Shown: positions 12,031 through 25,029, counted from the stretch's first letter. The stretch is DNA of 56,872 nt from Octopus bimaculoides (GCF_001194135.2 NC_068986.1:23928813-23985684); one strand, 5' to 3'. Made by a program: numbers and translations. Notes: generated from the letters alone by a model not told the origin.

Positions 12031-13514
12031 AATATATATATATGTTGGTGTGAGTGAGTGTGTGTGTACAATTGGTTTTGCGTAGCTGGTCAGCAAATGA
12101 TTTATATGCATTATTTTCTTGATTTCTGTCACGAAGCTGTACTTGCGTTCTAAACAGTTTCGATAATGCTAAATAGCTTCCTTGAGTCTCGGTAGTATTC
12201 TATAGTTACACGCGTCAGTGTTTATCATTTATCGCCATCTATTTCAACTTTTCCCTCTCTATCTTTAACTCTTCCTTTTTCTCTTTCACTCTTTCAATCA
12301 CTCATTGTATCCCCCCCCCACCCACCNNNNNNNNNNNNNNNNNNNNNNNACTTTTCTTTCCCTACCCTTCATCTTCTCTCTAGCCTTGCAATTCTTCCTT
12401 TTATTCATGGTTACGTTATCGGTTATTAAACGTCGCAGCTGTCTATTGACTGCACCGCCAGATTTCGTTTCAGCCACATCTACTCAACCTCTACCTTCGC
12501 ACATGAAGCTCTCAATTTAATAAGAGTCTGTAATCGTTTTCTGTTTCAATGAAGTCCACTGTATACTGCTATCAGATTCTGGCATCGCTTTACGGTAAAT
12601 TGGGATTGAAATTACCCAGCCACAAGAGCTATCCACTTTCTAGATCTAAGGAATATAAATGCTTCCTTCAGATCGAGAGGGATCATCTTCTTGGCAAATC
12701 AAATACATTATTAAGATTAATATCTACATTCATTCTCTAAGGTAAATGAAAAGGTCCAATATTTTTACAATACAATACATCTTAAGATCAAACAGATTGA
12801 GAGAGTGAGCTAGCCAACCAGTTGGAATGATAAATCTGCATGCGCTATAACTCAAATAGATAAGACACAAAGGAAATTAGATCTAACAGATAACATATTA
12901 AATGCCAACAGTATTTAAACTGGGTTCAATTACACATAGAACTAAGAACATTCTACATCTCAAATATTTCAGGAAGTATAATGTAATTATGTCGCCCGAT
13001 TTATGCGATAAATTTAAAGTAACATAAATGCTATGAACATTCCACAGATATAGTTTAGAAAACTAATTAATTTAATGAGGAAAGCGTCCTAGAGAGATCT
13101 TTTATAACAATTCAACTCTTCGGCATTACTTAATGCAATATTTACATTTTGTGTATATCTGTCTGAGATTTAGATTTTCGAAGAGATTTGTATATGTTCT
13201 TTGGAGTCATATTCATTTGGAAAGTCGCTTGAAATGTGATCGTGTTTAAACTAAACAGTTTTATTATGGAGTTGCCATGGCAACCATTGAAATCACACAT
13301 ATATCGTTATGTTCGTTTTAATTTGTGACAGCATTATACAATCTATATCTATTATGCTATCTATAAAATCATCGCATATTTTCCATTTTCTTAATGCAAC
13401 TTTAAATATTAATGACTTTTAAAATATTCGTAGAGGTCAAGTAATTTTAATGTAGAAGTGTATATAGCGTAGGTTCGTATCTCAAGTAATGTAACAAGGT
13501 GTTGGAAACAAATA

Positions 13515-13800
13515 GGCTTTGATCAGGAACTGAACTTACTTCGCAGTCTCAGCAAGCTTACAAACTTACTTTATGTCCAACGATGGATGCTGCCTACATG
13601 CTCAAACCTTATGTCACAATTTCTCTACGTAAGTGTCTCTACGTAATCGTTTGGCCTGTTAGACATAGAAGGCAAATCTATCTCAAATCAAATTCTGTTG
13701 TCTTAACGGTCGAATGTTAATGGATATTGTAATCCAGGATATAAAACGCTTAAAATATGAATGATTGAAATGCGTTTGGTCAGGGTTGAGCAGGGTATAC
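13515..13800 (+). mobile_element. Degraded interspersed repeat (SINE-like)
   Basis: tttggcctgttagacatagaaggcaaatctatctcaaatcaaattctgttgtctt resembles an octopus repeat I recall; only one near-full copy here (possible tail fragments at about 33700 and 36120). Confidence 0.35.
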
Positions 13801-14219
13801 ATAAGGTTTAGCAACACGGCACAAATATCAAGCACATTATTTCTATATTATTCAGTGACTAAAATGCCAGCGGAGAAACCTCTTATCGTTCTTGGAGAAA
13901 AAAATCGGCACTGATACCCGACTAACGTAACTTCAATACATGAAAGATCTTGAACGCATTAGTGAAGGCTGTAACTATATTAAGGATACGAAATCACACT
14001 TCTACTTTTCATAAAAATGCAACATACACATGAACACACACAAAAGCATGCAGGTGTGTGTATGTGTGAGTCTTATGCATATACATATACAGGCAATGCA
14101 AAAGTCGTTATACAATAAGTATCACATCAATGTTATAATACTTAATTCGTTAAAATTGTTAGAACATTAAATTAGTTAGCCTCATATTTTATATTCTCAG
14201 TGACATTAATAACAATTAT

Positions 14220-14507
14220 GTGGAGGCACATGACTTAGTGGTTAGAGCAGCGGATTCGCAGGTTCGAATCACAGACCGGGTGATGCGTGTGTTTATGAGC
14301 GAAACACCTAAGCATCACGCGGTTCCGGCATAAGGTAATGGCGAACCTCTGCTGATTCTTTCACCACAATTTTCTCTCACTCTTTAGTCCTGCGTCTAGC
14401 AGCTCCCCTGTGACGGACCGGCGTCCCGTCCAGATACGGAAACTATGTTCCAGTAAAAAGGGGAAACCGGCCTTTATGAGCCAGACATGGCTCGAGAAGG
14501 AACAAAA
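14220..14507 (+). mobile_element. SINE, family C head with a different 3' body
   Basis: tRNA-like head ggaggcacatgacttagtggttagagc...ggttcgaatc; shared with 18327 copy up to about 14385, then cctgtgacggaccggcgtcccgtccag. Confidence 0.8.
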
Positions 14508-14941
14508 GACATAAACACGAAGCAAACACATGCACAAGACATATTTATATATTTATTTATGCACACACACACACATACACACACACACAAACACACACAT
14601 CTATCTATCTATCTATCTATCATATGTATGTATATTATATATGTATGTACGTATGTACGTGTGAATGTGGGTTCATACCTGTGTTTGTTTGCCTATCTGC
14701 TTGTATGTCTGTGTTTGACTATATATGATTATGTATGAATATATATATATATATATANNNNNNNNNNNNNNNNNNNNNNNNNNNNNNNNNNNNNNNNNNN
14801 NNNNNNNNNNNNNNNNNNNNNNNNNNNNNNNNNNNNNNNNNNNNNNNNNNNNNNNNNNNNNNNNNNNNNNNNNNNNNNNNNNNNNNNNNNNNNNNNNNNN
14901 NNNNNNNNNNTATATATACACACACACATACATACTTACGC

Positions 14942-14989
<48 letters not shown>

Positions 14990-16065
14990 GAGACATATTA
15001 AAAGGGATGGATCACAATAAATTCTCATTTATATCAGAAATTCTACTTCACTGGTTTTAGAGAAGCGTATTTATACTGATGTCTAGATTGTTTGTTCGTA
15101 TAACTTTAATGTGGGTTCATTGTCATCTGAACCGCTTACTAAATATCTAGTATGTTTCAACAAATAAGCAAGAGGATATGAAGAATAGATGTAGAGAGAA
15201 AAATGTTCTATTATAGTAGACACCATTAAGTTGCGTGCAGAATTTTCACTTCTCCGAATTATTAAGTACCTGTGACATCAATGTTATGGAGCGAGGCTTT
15301 GAAACGATTAAAATCTAATGGCCATCTGATCAAATGTATGGAGACAGCCGTATAACCGTAGGAAGCACAGTTTGTTTAGGTTTAAGGATAACTTTGACGC
15401 TAGCGATTACGTGATCGTTGCCAATGAGATTAACAGAGTGCATTATCTAAGAACTTCAAGAGAGATAGTAATGTCGATATATGTGTGTCATAGAATATTT
15501 GCCTCACAAAATTGATATGAGAAATGAATGGATTTTGATAATTTCCATAGAATGAGATACACTCTCGAATTCAACATTTAAATCATTTGAGAACACTGAT
15601 ACCATTACAAGAGAAACATTCTTTTTATTATTCATTTGAATTAGCTTCGTATATTGAAAATTCCAATGATAGGAAGTGAAAGCTTAATACAGAGAAAAGA
15701 ATGCATAAATATAGATAATGCATAGAACTTTGATAAGGCATAAAGAAGGCCACAGAACATATAGTTTGTTTGCTTCTTTTTGTTGATTTTTAATGGAAAG
15801 AGCAAAGCGCTTATGGATCATAAAATAAATATAATGATAGTATGTGTCCATTGATATTTTCATAGTTTTATTTGAGTTGTATAACGATGCTTTCCCGAAT
15901 TTTTACTGGAATTATCAATTGTTACTCAATCTATTACATCTCAATATTTATCATCCAGTAAACGAACAGACCATTTATGTAGTCATTCGATATGATAGAA
16001 ATAAAAAGAACTCACGCACAAATCGCCCTATAACGACTTAAAGAATGAAGACTTCACAAAACATT

Positions 16066-16668
16066 AACGTACCAGCCACATGGTTCTGGGTTCAGTCCCA
16101 CTGCGTGGCACCTTGGGCAAGTGTCTTCTACTATAGCCTCGGGCCGACCAAAGCCTTGTGAGTGGATTTCGTAGACGGAAACTGAAAGAAGCCCGTCGTA
16201 TATATGTATATATATATATATATACATGTATATATNNNNNNNNNNNNNNNNNNNNNNNNNNNNNNNNNNNNNNNNNNNNNNNNNNNNNNNNNNNNNNNNN
16301 NNNNNNNNNNNNNNNNNNNNNNNNNNNNNNNNNNNNNNNNNNNNNNNNNNNNNNNNNNNNNNNNNNNNNNNNNNNNNNNNNNNNNNNNNNNNNNNNNNNN
16401 NNNNNNNNNNNNNNNNNNNNNATATATATATATGTATGTATGTGTGTGTGTAAGTTTGTGTGTCTGTGTCCCCCCAACATCGCTTGACAACCGATGGTGG
16501 TGTGTTTAGGACACCGTAACTTAGCGGTTCGGCAAAAGAGAGCGATAGAATAAGTACTAGGCATCCAAAGAATAAGTCCTAGGGTCGATTTGCTCGACTA
16601 AAGGCGGTGCTCCAGCATGGCCGCAGTCAAATGACTGAAACAAGTAAAAGAGTAAAAGAGTAAAAAAA
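16066..16668 (+). mobile_element. SINE family A, near full length, internal (TA)/(TG) microsatellite and gap
   Basis: ccacatggttctgggttcagtcccactgcgtggcaccttgggcaagtgtcttctactatagcctcgggccgaccaaagccttgtgagtggatttcgtagacgg...aaggcggtgctccagcatggccgcagtcaaatgactgaaacaag(taaaagag)n. Confidence 0.92.
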
Positions 16669-17281
16669 GATACAAATATACTGGATGCTATTAGATACAA
16701 CGTCGGCGATTAATGTATACTCGACTTGAACGGATATGCAGAAATTTGCGGTATCACTTTCCGCTGCTACGGTTCTTTGTTTAAACCCTATCGAAGATAA
16801 CTTTGACCCAAAGGTGATGTAGAGCTAGCAGAACTGTACGGTATCTGTTCCCCCTGCTTATACCCTTCACAGTTAACTTTATAATTTGTCTTTCAGGAAT
16901 TGATAAAAAAAAAAACACCAGTAATAACCCGTAATCCGACTGATTTGATCGAATACAAATTAGGTGTTGGGCCCTTAAGTCAGTTCGACGTCATATTTCT
17001 CTTCGTTCTGGCAACTGATTGATGCCGAGCTCTGTGTGCAGCATCGTAGGACAACATCGTTTGTACCTGGAGGGAACAATCCGTTATTACTCGTTATTAT
17101 CAAAATCCGTTAGAAAATGTATCGCGTATATCCTCCATGTTTTCTCAGGATATGAGGTTGATAAAGAAAAAGTAACATATTTGACATCCAGGCACTAATA
17201 ATATATACATGTATGTATGTATGTATGTATGTATGTATGCATGTGTTTATGTATGTGTGTGTGTATGTATATATATATATA

Positions 17282-17326
<45 letters not shown>

Positions 17327-17348
17327 ATATGCATATATAAAGAACTCT

Positions 17349-17572
17349 AGCTGGCAGAAACGTAACCCCGCCGGGCGAAATGCTCAGCGGTATTTCGTCC
17401 GCCGTTACGTTCTGAGTTCAACTTCCGCCGAGGTCAACTTTGCCTTTCATCTTTTCAGAGTCGATAAAATAAGTACCAGTTACGTTATGGGATCGATATA
17501 ATCGACTTAATCCGTTTGTCTGTCCTTGTTTGTTCCCTCTGTGTTTAGCCATTTATGGTCAATAAAGAAATA
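17349..17572 (+). mobile_element. SINE family B
   Basis: agctggcagaaacgtaaccccgccgggcgaaatgctcagcggtatttcg...aataaagaaata. Confidence 0.9.
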
Positions 17573-17694
17573 GTATATATATATATATACAGACGTATAT
17601 ATACATACATACATACATACATACATACAAGCACACGCAGGCAAAGAGTGAGTGAGAAGGAGAGAGAGAGAAAGGGAGATAGGTGCATGCGTGT

Positions 17695-17808
17695 GTTGTA
17701 AGAGGTTTTTCCCAACAACAGGGTTTCGGGTTCAGTTCCACTGCGTGGCATCTGGGGAAGATGTCTTCTACTATAACCTTGAGCCAACCGATGCTTTGTA
17801 AGTGGATT
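17695..17808 (+). mobile_element. SINE family A, partial
   Basis: gggttcagttccactgcgtggcatctggggaagatgtcttctactataaccttgagcc. Confidence 0.8.
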
Positions 17809-17844
17809 TATTTATATGTATGTATGTTTCTTCTATTTTTTAAT

Positions 17845-19345
17845 TATTATAAATCTTCCACTGAAAGGGGAGCCGATTTCCAACAAAGATACAACGTTCC
17901 ATCTTTGAGATGTAGTTAACTCAGATAAATTTACATTTGGAACTTGAGAAAAGTCTTGCATATTTTTAATGTTCCACTCACAGATTGGACTTGTAATGTA
18001 TGAATCAGCCGGTCACTTTCTCATTCAGAAAATCCCAGTTTTTTCCAGATTCTCCTTTAAGCATTTACTAACAAAACCTAGTGATCTAATTGTTATTGGT
18101 ATGGATATGAATTCGTAGTCTGAATATAGAAGCTGGAGGTTTGGAGGCAGTTGTACATAGATATCATTATTTCTTTGATTTTCAAAGAGATATTTATATT
18201 TGTAGGGCAACTAACTTCAATGATGGTGCATGCATTTTCCCCCTGTCTCAAACTATAATATTCAGCCTGTTATGCTTACATTTGACAGGAGTTTTGCTAG
18301 GAATATTCCACCAGTATTCATTGAGTGAGGCGCAATGGCCCAGTGGTTAGGGCAGCCGACTCGCGGTCATAGGATCGCGGTTTCGATTCCCACACCGGGC
18401 GTTGTGAGTGTTTATTGAGCGAAAACACCTAAAGCTCCACGAGGCTTCGGCAGGGGATGGTGGCGAACCCTGCTGTAGTCTTTCACCACAACTTCCTCTA
18501 ACTCTTTCTTCCTGTTTCTGCTGTGCCTGTATTTCAAAGGGTTAGCCTTGTGACACTGTCAACCTGAATATCCCCGAGAACTACGTTAACAGCACACGTG
18601 TCTGTGGAGTGCTCAGCCACTTGCACGTTCATTTCACGAGGAGGCTGTTCCGTTGATCGGATCAACTGGAACCCTCGACGTCGTAAGCGACGGAGTGCCA
18701 AAAACAACAACTCTTTGAGTTGATGTTTATGAATGTATTCCATAACAGAGGGATTTTATTTCACGACACTCCTTTTTGCGGACGGCATTGTAAATTGTTT
18801 TAGCAACATGATTGTGCCGCATGGGGAGTTAGTGCCGTGATGACATTTTAGGACGGTTGCTAATCACGTGCGTAATGTCTTCCACTAAAACATGACATGG
18901 CCTACACATGCGGTTGCACTTTGGAATTACAAAAGCGTTACTGTTTCTCCAGTTCACCAGGTACTTTGTGACAACCTCCTGTTCCTGGATTGCAAAACGC
19001 ATAGCCTTCAAAGTGTGATGATGATGTAGTGGTCCTTATTGGTAGCGCTTTTATTCTTTTGTTTAGGTTTTTTTAGCTGTAACTCTTAAGCTGTTGTTTG
19101 ACTTTCCCACTGCCTGGTCTTTCTTTTCCAGTTCTCTTGTGATCTCTTCTACCTCCACTTCTGTCATCCACTTTTTTCTTCTAATAGCATTAGCTTCATC
19201 TACTAATCTCTGCTCAGTCACTTTAAACGTACCCTTCTCTACCCAGAGTGTTAACATCCGTTTTCTGTAGCTCCCTTCTTTTAGGTACACTTTCTAAGTA
19301 GCACTGCATCACTATCCTGTTTTCTTCGCTGGTACACTTCCTCCT
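17845..19345 (-). mobile_element. R4/Dong-like non-LTR retrotransposon derivative (N-terminal Myb-like region, CCHC finger, restriction-like endonuclease; RT absent)
   Basis: Minus strand: RRKCTSEENRIVMQCYLES.. /GSYRKRMLTLWVEKGTFKVTEQRLVDEANAIRRKKWMTEVEVEEI (19340-19130). Then TSHFEGYA/FAIQEQEVVTKYL...CRPCHVLVEDITHVISNRPKMSSRH*LPMRHNHVAKTIYNAVRKK. After the SINE: NEYWWNIPSKTPVKCKHNRLNIIV*DR...IIEVSCP.NINISLKIKE...NLQLLYSDYEFISIPITIRSLGFV (PD-(D/E)xK RLE pattern). Ends near ataataat. Confidence 0.85.
18327..18714 (+). mobile_element. SINE family C inserted in the R4/Dong element, 6-bp TSD
   Basis: tRNA-like head gaggcgcaatggcccagtggttaggg...ggtttcgattccc; (AAC)n tail; TTGAGT at 18321-18326 and 18715-18720. 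Confidence 0.92.
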
Positions 19346-19404
19346 CCTTACTCTATTATCTGCTTATGCTGTTGCATTATTATTATCGTAATTATTGTTA
19401 TCAT

Positions 19405-19452
<48 letters not shown>
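19405..19452. repeat. (TAC)n microsatellite flanking the R4/Dong 5' end
   Basis: Directly visible. Confidence 0.9.
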
Positions 19453-19454
<2 letters not shown>

Positions 19455-20018
19455 TTATTTTTCGTATTATCTCCATGGTATCTTCCGATAATATTCAAAT
19501 ATATAATTCCGGGGATATGATCTTGAATCTTATCGAAGGTAGGAATACAAACGTGCATCCATTTTTCTGTATAACGTATGAAGCTCTAGGCCTGATCACC
19601 ACTCTCGTCAAAGGATACATGGCATAATGAATAGATAAGCGTTCAGTATTTTTCAGCAGTAACCCCAGGCTGAAAAAAGGGCAAGTCGACCTAAGCGGAA
19701 CGATATCGAAAGATATACTTAGAAGAATAAGTGCGTCTGAGAATGCCATATCCGGCGCACGCATCGATTGCGGCAAAAGAAGCAGAAAGCATTATTAACA
19801 AAATGATTGTAACAATATACATACAACTAAGAATCCGCCTAGAGACATTCCCCGATCTTACACACATGCAAACACGCGCGCAGAAGTGTGTTTCGTTGAA
19901 TATATTCATAGAACGCTGACTATATACATAAACATAGATCCAAATACGTATACGCACACACACTCACATATACACACGCACGTATGTGTACACGCACGCA
20001 CACACACACACACACATG

Positions 20019-20073
<55 letters not shown>

Positions 20074-20715
20074 NNNNNNNNNNNNNNNNNNNNNNNNNNN
20101 NNNNNNNNNNNNNNNNNNNNNNNNNNNNNNNNNNNNNNNNNNNNNNNNNNNNNNNNNNNNNNNNNNNNNNNNNNNNNNNNNNNNNNNNNNNNNNNNNNNN
20201 NNNNNNNNNNNNNNNNNNNNNNNNNNNNNNNNNNNNNNNNNNNNNNNNNNNNNNNNNNNNNNNNNNNNNNNNNNNNNNNNNNNNNNNNNNNNNNNNNNNN
20301 NNNNNNNNNNNNNNNNNNNNNNNNNNNNNNNNNNNNNNNNNNNNNNNNNNNNNNNNNNNNNNNNNNNNNNNNNNNNNNNNNNNNNNNNNNNNNNNNNNNN
20401 NNNNNNNNNNNNNNNNNNNNNNNNNNNNNNNNNNNNNNNNNNNNNNNNNNNNNNNNNNNNNNNNNNGGGGGGGGGGGTGAGCGTGCGCGTGTGTGTGCGT
20501 GTGTGTGTGTCGATGTATACAGGAATAAGTGAATAGGAAATAAGTGTTTTTGCAACTAGTTTGAATAATTTGTCGTTTATTATAGCTTCGTATCGACAAA
20601 ACCTTTGCAACAAAAACCGTATTGAATCCTACCTGATGGACTCTACCTCTACCTTACAATGATTCATCTTCAAATCAACCTGAAATGAATTTATATATAT
20701 GTAGAATCACATACT

Positions 20716-20913
20716 GTGTGTAATCTTAGTATTGATAGGAGCAACGATGTCTCGTTTCACATGCATGACAACAATGTGTTGGCAGTGTGCAGGCAAATGG
20801 CCGGATCGATTCTGAGAACCTTCAGAAGAAGGGACCAGGAAACTATGCTGGTCCTAGAGAAGACATATGTTCTCAGCCGTCTGGATTACTACTATCATAC
20901 TATGGCGGTTTGA
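20716..20913 (+). mobile_element. CR1-like LINE fragment (post-RT region)
   Basis: SNDVSFHMHDNNVLAVCRQMAGSILRTFRRRDQETMLVLEKTYVLSRLDYY matches the pattern S.D.SF..H......RQ..G.ILRTF..RD...ML.L.K..VLSRLDY. Confidence 0.75.
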
Positions 20914-21182
20914 CCTCTTAGTATCTGTCTACCATTATACTATACTATAGCATTAGTAACCGTATATACCTCTTAGTGGAGAAAGGTTCGTTTACTAGTG
21001 ACTCTAATTAATGACATTACAGCTGGATTAAAAACGTGTTTGCAAACTGAGGAGCAATTTTCAGTTCAAGCATAAGAACACACAGCCAGAAACTTTCTAA
21101 AGTTATACTCTTTTCATTTACACATTTCCATATACACATAATATACAGTCTATGTATATGCTCAGTGCATATGCTAACACAG

Positions 21183-21216
<34 letters not shown>

Positions 21217-21290
21217 ACACACACATACACAAACACACAAACACATGTACACATATTCATACACACTAACACACGAGCATATACGCACAC

Positions 21291-21326
<36 letters not shown>

Positions 21327-22649
21327 NNNNNNNNNNNNNNNNNNNNNNNNNNNNNNNNNNNNNNNNNNNNNNNNNNNNNNNNNNNNNNNNNNNNNNNNNN
21401 NNNNNNNNNNNNNNNNNNNNNNNNNNNNNNNNNNNNNNNNNNNNNNNNNNNNNNNNNNNNNNNNNNNNNNNNNNNNNNNNNNNNNNNNNNNNNNNNNNNN
21501 NNNNNNNNNNNNNNNNNNNNNNNNNNNNNNNNNNNNNNNNNNNNNNNNNNNNNNNNNNNNNNNNNNNNNNNNNNNNNNNNNNNNNNNNNNNNNNNNNNNN
21601 NNNNNNNNNNNNNNNNNNNNNNNNNNNNNNNNNNNNNNNNNNNNNNNNNNNNNNNNNNNNNNNNNNNNNNNNNNNNNNNNNNNNNNNNNNNNNNNNNNNN
21701 NNNNNNNNNNNNNNNNNNNNNNNNNNNNNNNNNNNNNNNNNNNNNNNNNNNNNNNNNNNNNNNNNNNNNNNNNNNNNNNNNNNNNNNNNNNNNNNNNNNN
21801 NNNNNNNNNNNNNNNNNNNNNNNNNNNNNNNNNNNNNNNNNNNNNNNNNNNNNNNNNNNNNNNNNNNNNNNNNNNNNNNNNNNNNNNNNNNNNNNNNNNN
21901 NNNNNNNNNNNNNNNNNNNNNNNNNNNNNNNNTATATATAAGCATAGACAGATATATACATGTATATGCATAGCGATACAGACATACATATTCTTATATA
22001 TGTGTATATATGTATATATTGTGTACATCTGTAAGTAAATATAGTTATGCAACACAAACCTATATTGGTTCCAAATATACAGAGACTGACGACTTTAAAT
22101 ATAAATAACATTGCAGGTAGTGAGTTTAATTCAGTGCATTGAAGCTGTGAGCCACTGATTGGTAGGAGGTAACAACAGAGCTATTCACACACTGTGATGT
22201 GGAAATTTTCCTTTTGAACTCACAAATTATTTAAAAGAGAAAACAATCAGCATGAACACGCTTTGTAAAATTGGACGTCCAACAAGAACAAATGTAGAAA
22301 AAAAAAAAATTTTACGTCAAGCACACGAGTACACATGCATATAAACAGTGTCACGTACATCCACACACACACACACTCTCTCACACATACACGCGCACAT
22401 ATGTGCGTATATATATATATATNNNNNNNNNNCATACATATATTTGTATGGGGGTGTGTTTATTATTTCACAGCAATATTATGCGTCAGTGTTTGTCTAA
22501 ATATACTATAAATATTTCTAAATGTATTTGTTTGTAAATATAAATCAATAGAATCATATATATAGAGACACACAAACACATGAATACAGAGATACATCAA
22601 GAGATAGAAATGCCTACACATGCTCATTAAGATACACGCATATACTCCG

Positions 22650-22735
22650 CCGACTATATATATATACATATATATATGTATATATGCATACATATTTCTA
22701 TATACACATATATATATATACATACATATATATAA

Positions 22736-22822
<87 letters not shown>

Positions 22823-22880
22823 AATATATATACATATATGTGCATCAATGCATATATGCATACATGCGTAATATACATAA
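22650..22880. repeat. (TA)n-rich block
   Basis: Directly visible. Confidence 0.95.
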
Positions 22881-24018
22881 TTGAGCACGTACACTGTACA
22901 TACCGGCGTGTATCCTCATTGTAAACTCACACAAAATCACGAATCTCTGTTGCTACAATGATTTGCTACTATTATGTATAAAGCGTCACATGACAGAACT
23001 GATGTTGGTATGCACGCGATGGCATATGATGTAAGTATTTAAAGATGCATACTTTGCCTGAGTGCGTGTAAACACTGACGTGTTTATATATTTATTTACC
23101 TAGGATCCAGTGGAAAAAATATAAATACAATGCAACACTCCGCAAATTCATCAAAGCAATGCCCTAACTTTTTTAGTACATTTTCCCTTGCTCAAGCTTA
23201 TTACAGATTTTCTCAAACGACTCTTACTTGTATTGCGTTTTATTATATTTTTTAGGAGTTCTTGCTGTTGCCTGTGTTTGTTGAAAAGAAGTTATCAAAA
23301 TAACTTCTGTCCGCTCATTTCCTCAGTCTTTCTCTTTCTCTATATCTCTCGCTCTGAAAACACTTTCACAGATTATCTAACCTTGGTTCCCCTTTCTATT
23401 TCTATCGCCCACTTTCATTTTAACACAAGCTAACTAAGTACTCTCACACATTCCTTCTCCAACCTGTTCTATTTCTTTTTCTCTCCAGCTATGATTATCA
23501 TTTACAAATCCTCTAATCTTTCTTCCTCTCCCCTTCTCCCTTCCACCCCTTTCTACTTTTCTTTTTCTAGCGTTCCTTCGCATTCTTTAACATTCTCTTC
23601 TCGCTCGTTCCGGATCCCACAATTATATAAGCCCATAATGAATAAGTTGTTTGCTCCGCTAATATATCGCTTTGTTTCTATCTGATATTTTTATTTAATC
23701 TGGTGGACAAGACTGTATCCAGCTCATTGAACAGGCTTTCGAAGCTCGAGTCGCCTTGAACATTGACAAATCAGGTTGAGGCTTCAGTCAAAATTATGAT
23801 TGAAGTGCTCTCCCGAGAGTCAAGGCCCAAGGAGGGAACACCGGACATACGGTCAAAAGGAAACCAGAGAATAGATACAATACAGGTAGGGAAGTATTAA
23901 AAAGATATGAAAACGAAACCCAAAACCTTCACTGTGTATAAGCATATATAGGTATATATTTTCTTTTATTCTTTTATGCATTTCAGCCCAAAGGCTATGG
24001 CCATGATATGATAGATGA

Positions 24019-24065
<47 letters not shown>

Positions 24066-24069
24066 AACA

Positions 24070-24289
24070 TACGAGTGAGAGCTGTAAAGTTACTGGCTTT
24101 AAGGGTATAGCGTAAAGCCTGGTTAGAGTCCCAACCTTCTGAGTTCTTTTACTGGGCTCAGAAAACCTAATGGATCGCTAGAATAAATGAGTAAATCTGA
24201 GAAGTGAATATGGTGAATAAAATCATAATTAACTTATTCTCCTGTATTTATTTTTACACAAACTCAGGAACTTTTTAGTACCCCGCATA
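24070..24289 (+). mobile_element. Tc1/mariner-derived MITE
   Basis: Imperfect terminal inverted repeats tacgagtgagagctgtaaagttactgg / caggaactttttagtaccccgcata; interior resembles a mariner transposase 3' end (degenerate). Confidence 0.6.
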
Positions 24290-24371
24290 TATGTGTGCGT
24301 GTTTGCATAAATCTCAGTAAGAATCACACACTACATGCACACACTGACACACAGGCACACACAGACATAGG

Positions 24372-24660
24372 AGTTGCTGAACCTTGTTAGTGTGAAAACG
24401 TCGAGCGTTGGATGGTCGACAGTTCGATAGTGGATGCTGATTGGTTTCATCGGAATTGAAGAAATGCCCTGTGATCAGACTTAACCGAGGAGTATTAGAC
24501 TCAGTACTGATAGTAGAGAAAGCATAAACGGGAAATGGTTCCTACCAGGAACATAATTGGAAGGCTATTCGTAAGCGACATTATAGCAGTCAGTAGAGTG
24601 GCCATAGTTTGGATACGATCCAGAAGTTAAACTATGCATCCTCCGATGAGGACATTGTAT
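24372..24660 (-). mobile_element. CR1-like LINE 3' fragment, degraded
   Basis: Minus strand: LLDRIQTMATLLT..SLTNSLP...SRLCFLYYQY...TRFSNSY resembles the LDRIQ..A.RLI...L...L.LFYRYY C-terminus. Confidence 0.5.
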
Positions 24661-24726
24661 ACCATCGTTGGCGTCAGCCGTCTTTTGTAGATATTTTAGA
24701 GACGGTAGCTCTAAAATATTTTTTTT

Positions 24727-24950
24727 TTCTTTATTGCTAACAAGGGGCTAAACATAGAGGGGACAAGCAAGGGCAGACAAAGGAATTAAGTCGATTACAT
24801 CGACCCCAGTGCGTAACTGGTACTTAATTTATTGACCCCGAAAGGATGAGAGGCAAAGTTGACCTTGGCGGAACTTGAACTCAGAACGTAACGGCAGACG
24901 AAATATCGCTGTTTCGCCCGGCGTGCTAACGTTTCTGCGAGCTCGCTGCT
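24727..24950 (-). mobile_element. SINE family B
   Basis: Near-complete reverse complement of 17349-17572. Confidence 0.9.
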
Positions 24951-25029
24951 CTAAAATATTGTTTAATAAGTAGTGCAGTTTTCGTAATCTAATCATTACT
25001 CTGTTGAGTCTGTGCATTCGCCATGAGAG

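Noticed and set aside
18327-18400. tRNA genes at SINE heads (also 14220, 34550-34626, 39450-39524)
   Set aside because: A/B-box-like heads continue into SINE bodies with tails and TSDs; I could not fold a complete cloverleaf
23700-23890. Exon-like GC-richer block ending CAG|GTAGGG
   Set aside because: Each frame is interrupted by a stop, there is no clear acceptor, and no motif is recognisable
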